This document shows, one piece after another, positions 57,503 through 64,000 of a stretch of DNA of 64,000 nucleotides (its first letter is position 1; each line of letters begins with the position of its first letter). The DNA is from the human T2T-CHM13v2.0 reference genome, Homo sapiens. A program made the position numbers and the translations under genes. The DNA lies in NCBI RefSeq assembly GCF_009914755.1, contig NC_060926.1; one strand, written 5' to 3'. The notes beneath the pieces were generated by a model. It had not been told where the DNA came from. It searched no databases and was given only the letters and a program-made list of their open reading frames with translations.

Positions 57503-60373
57503 CATTTTTAAGCACTTACTGTGTGCCAGGTACTATGTTAGGTTTCTTACCTGCATTATCTCGTTTAACCCTCACAGCAACCATATAAGAGATATGTTTG
57601 AATACCCATTCTACAGAAAGGAAGATAAGCCCCACAGAGGTGCTGGGTGTCTTGCTCCAGGTCATAATAGCTTGGGACTGGCCAAGCCAAGATTTGGATT
57701 CTGGGTTCCTGATGCCTGAGCCTGTGCTGTCAGTTATGCTGTGGGGCTCCTGAGGCCCTTGTTATGGGCTCAGGGCATTTTCATGCCATATCCTGTTGTT
57801 TGGATGCCCTGGCTCTTCTCTGGTCTCATCTTGCTTCTCACTCCTCTTCAGGTTACCTTGGGTGAATGAAGTAGGTGCATGAGGATCTGGCACTCCCAGA
57901 TGTTCTGGACATGAGTGCCCCGAGAAGTGGAGGAGAACTGAGTAGGCAGTGCTGGATCTGCTGATGACTGGTAGCCCTAAGCATTAGGTATCTGGAGACT
58001 GTTTTTAAGCAGTTGTGTCTCTGTCTCAGTCATGTAGGAGCGCACGTGCACGCTGCCGGTGTGTGGTATGTTGCACATGCCACTGCTAGGTATAAAAGGC
58101 ATGGCTCCTACCTTTAGATGCTTACAAACAAGCTGGGCTGATGAAGCAAGCTCAGAAAAGGAAGAGCTGCTGTTTGGAATGTGGCCCTCGTGGGATGGAT
58201 ACTGAAGTCCCCAGGACAGGTAGTGAGACAGATGTTAATCCGAGTGCATACCTGGGGGATGTCAGGAGGACTTGGAACAAGTCAGAAGAATGAGTTGATG
58301 GGAAAGAAAGGTGAGCAGGCTGCCCATTGTGGAGAGGGTCATGTAGGTGGGAGCAAGTGACAGAAAGAGCTGGGCCAGCGCAGAAGAGCCTACCCTAGTG
58401 ACAAGGAAAGAGCAGCATTTCCCACAGGGTCCCTGCAACAGTGGCCCTCACCTTGGCTTCACTGAGTTTTGTAGATGCCTCCTTCTCCTCCTTATCTGAG
58501 AGAATTCCCCATGTGCACTAGTATAATTAAGGTTTTAGGAAGTTCTGCAATAAAAACTCAGCTTAGTCTGGCATTTCTCAACACCTATTAACATTCATGT
58601 AGTGTTAACCAGACTAGCGTTGCTTTATGCCTCATGTGGACAAATTCTTATGTACTATTTAATGGACCATTACTTATTATAACAAAGATATTAGAAACAA
58701 ACTTGCTGAATAGTGAGATAGTAGTTAAATAAATTATGACCCACTTATTAGCTAGTATCAGCCACTAGTTATTTGTAATAAATTTTAATCACATGAAAAA
58801 TTACTGGTGGTATGACTAAAAAGTTTTAAAACTACTTTTCTTTAGAAATGGTAACCTCTTTATAAAAAAACATAAAATACAATTAACGGGATGATAAAAG
58901 CATAACCCTCCAGTGTATATGCTTCTTCTAGACTTCCTACCAAAATATTTTCAAGTAGATACTATCTTAACTTTTCATGCCAACAGGTTATATATTTATT
59001 TATATATTTGCCAGGGAAACCAGAATGTGTGTTAACTGTTTCTGTCTGAATTGTGAGATTCCAGGCCATTGGATTAGGTTTTATTCTGTGTTCCAGGTTT
59101 CTCTGAGGAGCACGTGTTAGGTCTAGAGCCGTAAAAATTAAGAGCAAATAAAGCAGAAGTCATTTCTTCCTGTGGGCTCTGGCAAGATCCTCCTGTGATG
59201 GGGAAATCCCACCAGTGCAGAGGCCCCTGGGGTTAGAGGCCCCAGGGCTCTGTGGCCCCCAGCTGTGTTTCCCAGCTGTTGGGCCTCCACTTGCCTCATC
59301 AGTAAGGATCACCTGAAATTATGTTATTTGAACATCCCGTAAACACAAACTTGCGTCAAACATGTGAAGCTAACTTGTAGAGAGCTGGGTGGAGATCAGC
59401 ACACACTGGTCAGCCAGCTCTCTGAGGGTATGTGCTTTGTTTTTCTGAATCTCCTGGGGTCTGAACACAGTGTGACACCTCCAGGTTGATGTGAATGAAA
59501 TGCCAAGCTGATGGGCATGAATCCCTGAGCAAGGCCTGGAGAAATCATGCAAGTGGGTGGGTTATGAGCACACAGCTCATTTATGGAAGCCGAGCTCTTG
59601 GGTAAGGAGTCTGAAGCCCTGAGGCTTGTTTCCTGGTGGGCTGTGGCAGCAGAGAGGGCATCAGGGAATAAAACCCAAAGCATTTCTCCCAGGTTCAAAG
59701 CCATCAAGCATCTGCTCCCAGAGGACCACATTGAAGGCAAGGGGCCACTGAGGATGCTGAGGAGGAGCCTGGAGTTGTTTTCCTCACTGAAAGACATGGG
59801 GTGGTGGTGAAGCCTAGCTGTCACCCAGCTGTGGGCAAAGCACTTGTTCGCCAGATGCTGGAGTTTGAAAATTAGGAGACATACACTGACCCTTCTGATG
59901 TAAAGGATAGGGACAGAGCAAACTGCTTTGCCCAGTGAGCGAACCAAGCACATAGGAAGAAGTTGCACAGCAGGGTCAGCTGCGTGGTGCTTATGAGCCC
60001 ATTCACTGGGGTCGGAGGGCCTCGGAGTGCATCCTGCTTCTCTCTTCCAAGCTGTAGGCCTTGAGCAAGTCACTCCAGAGCCTCAGTTTCTTATAAAGTG
60101 GCCATAAACATGATAGATGTTCCACAAGGGTGCTGTGAGGGTTAAATAATGTAATGCATGATCTATGCTTAGCCCAGTACCTGCTACACAGTAGGTGCTC
60201 AATAAATCCAAGTAAGTACCTTAGGAACAGTTTAATTTGCGGGTGAGATGATTGGTGACTCTGGGGGATCCGTCTGACCTGTGAGGTTGAGAGCTAGAAG
60301 CACAGCTGGACCCCCAGAACTGACCTGGGAGCTCTTCCCTGATGTCCTTTCCATGCTTGTGTGTGATTTTTAG

Positions 60374-60469
60374 AGCATCCTCCTCAAGTGGACAAAAGGC
60401 TTCAAGGCATCTGGCTGCGAGGGCGAGGACGTGGTGACCCTGCTGAAGGAAGCGATCCACCGGCGAGAG
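60374..60469 (+). CDS. HK2: HK2 exon 13 ([10 protein letters not shown]...IHRRE)
   Basis: ttttag acceptor, 96 nt, GAG|gtagga donor. Confidence 0.99.
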
Positions 60470-60723
60470 GTAGGAGACACATGGCACGAGGTCTGATGTG
60501 TCAGCTCCTCAATGATTGGCCTGGTCTGTGTGTTCAGAAAGTGAAGGCAACAGTAAGTGTGGCTGCATGGGTTGGGAGGAAGATTAACTCAAGCGTCGTT
60601 CAGCAGTTTAGTGTGCACTGTGTGTCAAGCAATGCTCTCAGCACTGGCGGTTCAGGAGTGACCACAACAAAGCTTTGTTCTATAAAGTCCATGACCTAGT
60701 GGCAGGTGCTGTTAAGAGCTGTG

Positions 60724-60726
<3 letters not shown>

Positions 60727-60770
<44 letters not shown>
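60727..60770 (+). repeat. (CA)22 microsatellite
   Basis: Perfect CA run. Confidence 0.97.
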
Positions 60771-60776
<6 letters not shown>

Positions 60777-60909
60777 GAATAAAAGAATGGCCACTCCATA
60801 AGCAAAGCAGCCATGAGGGCTGCTGGTTGCACATTTTTATGGTTATTTCTTGATTATATGCTAAACAAGGGGTGTATTATTCATGCCTTCCCTTTTTAGA
60901 CCATATAGA
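60770..60909 (-). mobile_element. MER41A-type LTR internal fragment inside an L2 relic
   Basis: Reverse complement reads ctatatggtctaaaaaggg..gcatgaataat..ccccttgtttagcatat..tcaagaaataaccataaaaat..caaccagcagccct..cattcttttattcctttact, matching the MER41 consensus as recalled. Confidence 0.8.
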
Positions 60910-61177
60910 GTTTAAAAAAAAAAAAGAAAGAAAAGGAGTGAAGTGGGGTGAGGAGAGCAGATGGAGCAAGTGTGCTGGAAAGGGGCACTGTTAAATAGCA
61001 CAACTTGGGAGGGTCTCACCAAAGAGGTGACATTTAAGCACAGACCTGAATGGAATGAGAGGGTCAGCCATGGTGTATGATATATATTTTATATACCTGT
61101 AAATCTCCCATGCAATTGTCTGAAAGGAGAATATTGGGGTTCACCTGTGAACTGGGCATCTGCTTCTTCCCTCTCAG

Positions 61178-61277
61178 GAGTTTGACCTGGATGTGGTTGC
61201 TGTGGTGAACGACACAGTCGGAACTATGATGACCTGTGGCTTTGAAGACCCTCACTGTGAAGTTGGCCTCATTGTTG
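61178..61277 (+). CDS. HK2: HK2 exon 14 ([18 protein letters not shown]...; catalytic Asp657)
   Basis: ctcag acceptor, 100 nt, G|gtaagg donor; Asp codon at 61211-61213. Confidence 0.99.
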
Positions 61278-61373
61278 GTAAGGACCCAGACTGTCCTTTC
61301 CACATGGGGATGCACAGCCTTGGGTGTGAAGGGGTTGGTGCTGAGTGAGGCCCTGGTATCCTGTGATTGGCAG

Positions 61374-61557
61374 GCACGGGCAGCAATGCCTGCTACATGG
61401 AGGAGATGCGCAACGTGGAACTGGTGGAAGGAGAAGAGGGGCGGATGTGTGTGAACATGGAATGGGGGGCCTTCGGGGACAATGGATGCCTAGATGACTT
61501 CCGCACAGAATTTGATGTGGCTGTGGATGAGCTTTCACTCAACCCGGGCAAGCAGAG
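61374..61557 (+). CDS. HK2: HK2 exon 15 ([11 protein letters not shown]...NPGKQ)
   Basis: ggcag acceptor, 184 nt, AG|gtaggc donor. Confidence 0.99.
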
Positions 61558-62597
61558 GTAGGCACCCAACTGGGGCCCTGTTAAGTGTATCCCAGGACTG
61601 GATGGCAACAAGTGATCAGAGCTTCCACAATGGCATCTCCCAGGACGCCGGTTCTCGTGGGATGTTAATAAAGGAGGTTTTCTTGGAAAGGGTTTCTTGT
61701 CGAATGCACCTGGAAAGTTCTGAGTTAGTAAATGTAAGAAGCATCTCCCACCCAAAAGCCTAGGAGAACAGGTGGGAGAATACTAGACCCTAGGTCTGGC
61801 ACTCTAAGGAGAAACAAGTAGAAAGTTGAAGCACCTGCTGCTGACAGGCTGAAGAGCATCTCTTGGGTGATGCAGACAGGAGCAAATCCTCTCCCTCCTC
61901 CATCTTCCAGCGCCGAGCACCACCTACTGTCAGAATTGAGCAAGGGGCCAGCCCCAGTGTCACAAGGTCCTGTGCATGGTAGGGGAGCGGGGTCTGAGCT
62001 AAGAGACAATAGCTTAAGATCTAACACACTTCTCATTAAGATGTTGTCTGTAGTGTTTCCTAACTAGATTAATCAAACACCCTAGTCCTGCAGAATACGC
62101 TTTGCAAAACATGTGTCTAGAATAGAAGTTACAGACTAAAATGCCTCTAGGGGCCAGGCAGGCAACATTAATGAAGGAAGCAGGCTGGGTCAAGATAAGA
62201 TGGGGTGGTGATGGGCTATTGGTTGAAACTAGGGACCTCGTTTTTTTTTCAAGGCAGGATTCAGGACCAAAAGACCCTCAAGCCACTGCATAATAACGTT
62301 TAGTTCCAGTGGCCAGGAACTACAGCTGGCAGTAGTTACTTGAGTAATGATGGTTAGGTCCAAGAGAATGTATACTGAATGCCTAGTGAGGTTAAAGATG
62401 AAGACTCAGCATTCTCCCCTGCTCCGAGAAGTCCAGTGGGGTTATGGTGTGTTCCTTCTCGAGTTGCTTCTTGAAATTTCGAAATAAGCCTTGGAAAGGA
62501 AATGAGTTCCTTTCCCTGTGGGTTCCTTTCCAAGGCTTATTTCCCCAGGAGCCCCACGGGCCTCGGGCACTGTGGTCAGTGTTGCTGAGGGTTGTGA

Positions 62598-62936
<339 letters not shown>

Positions 62937-64000
62937 TGAGAGCTTAGGGCTCAGGGTAGCAGGGGGGCCATGTCCTTTTTTCTCACTGGCAGACAAACTG
63001 AAGGATTTCCATAACTCAGGGCATGACTCATACAAAAGTCAGTTTAGTGGCAAACACATTCATGTCTATAGTGTTTACTAAAAGCACATTATGGGCAGTT
63101 GTCATTTTAAGGGCAAACAGAGCATTCTTATGAAAGTTTGTGCTAAGCCTGGCCTGAGGTCATGCAAAGTGATATTGTTGGGTTTTAGACCATGTATCAA
63201 AGGTAGAAAGATACCTGCTCATAGCATGTAAATTGAAACGCACAGAGGAAGATAACCTATTAAAGCATCCACACTTGGCTTGAAAGCCCTTCCTAACTGC
63301 TGGCTGCAGTAATCAGGCAGCCAGGATTGAGTAAAGGTTGGAACGTCAGGCAATGCAGACACATGCCACACAGTGGCTCATTAGAGCAAAGCCTCCCTCC
63401 TACAGTCAAATGGTGGAAAATCTCCAAATTAGAACAGTGAATTTCAGAGCCCTTTAAAAATTAATGCTGTGCCATCACTCTCAGGGCAGAGAAGAACAGG
63501 AACTAGACAACTGATGTGAGTAGACCCCTCGGGCATCTGCACCAGTGAATAGAAAGATATATTCTAGCTTATAGGTCTGTTATGTTCAGCGAGGTGATTC
63601 CAGGCTTCTAAAATAGCTTTCTTTATATAGGAGGGTTTATTTTCTTTCTATAACTTTATTTACACTTCCTTCGTAAATAGCATATAAATACAGTTCAGAC
63701 CACCCAGAGCAGCAGAGCAGAAATAAAGCACGAGTCTAATGCTGCTTGGTTAGTTCCTGCCCTGCAAACCCATGAACAGCAGCGAGAAAATGGACATGAA
63801 AGAGCTTTGTAACTGACCACTGTGATAAACAGTGAATTTGCTTTGTTTTGAGTATCTACTTTGTAGTAGTAATGGTCTATCTGGAGTAGGGAGAGTAGAA
63901 TGAGGAGCTGTTTGTATTCCTGTCACCGTCAGGAAGAGTCAATGCAGTGCAGTAGGTTGAGCAGTGGTCTGAATTTAGGAATGGGAACCACCTCGAGGGG

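Noticed and set aside
59396-60073. 225-aa minus-strand ORF in intron 12
   Set aside because: Starts at a near-cognate codon within MIR-like sequence; no domain, promoter or splice support
61278-61373. 96-nt intron 14 (multiple of 3) as a possible in-frame retained intron
   Set aside because: Contains an in-frame TGA (…gct gag tga), so retention would truncate the protein

Overview
Human/primate genomic DNA containing the 5' ~86% of the hexokinase-2 gene (HK2) on the + strand. It holds about 8.5 kb of repeat-rich upstream sequence, a CpG-island promoter (GC boxes, CCAAT/Y-box, CRE/HRE-like site, AATAA TATA-like box) and coding exons 1-16 (2375 nt, codons 1-791 plus 2 nt). All 15 complete introns are GT-AG and the frame is continuous; exons 17-18 lie beyond the window. 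The rest is intronic sequence dense in Alu, L1, L2, MIR, LTR and DNA-transposon relics. I found no previously undescribed multi-gene system; this is a well-studied locus. The points most worth checking are: a His142 coding allele, two candidate alternative first exons that would remove the mitochondrial-binding helix, a uORF whose inclusion depends on TSS choice, an ISRE/AP-1/ETS cluster in intron 1, inverted Alus flanking exons 2-3, and an end-less MER41A fragment captured inside an L2. Repeat family names were assigned by eye and repeat boundaries are approximate.
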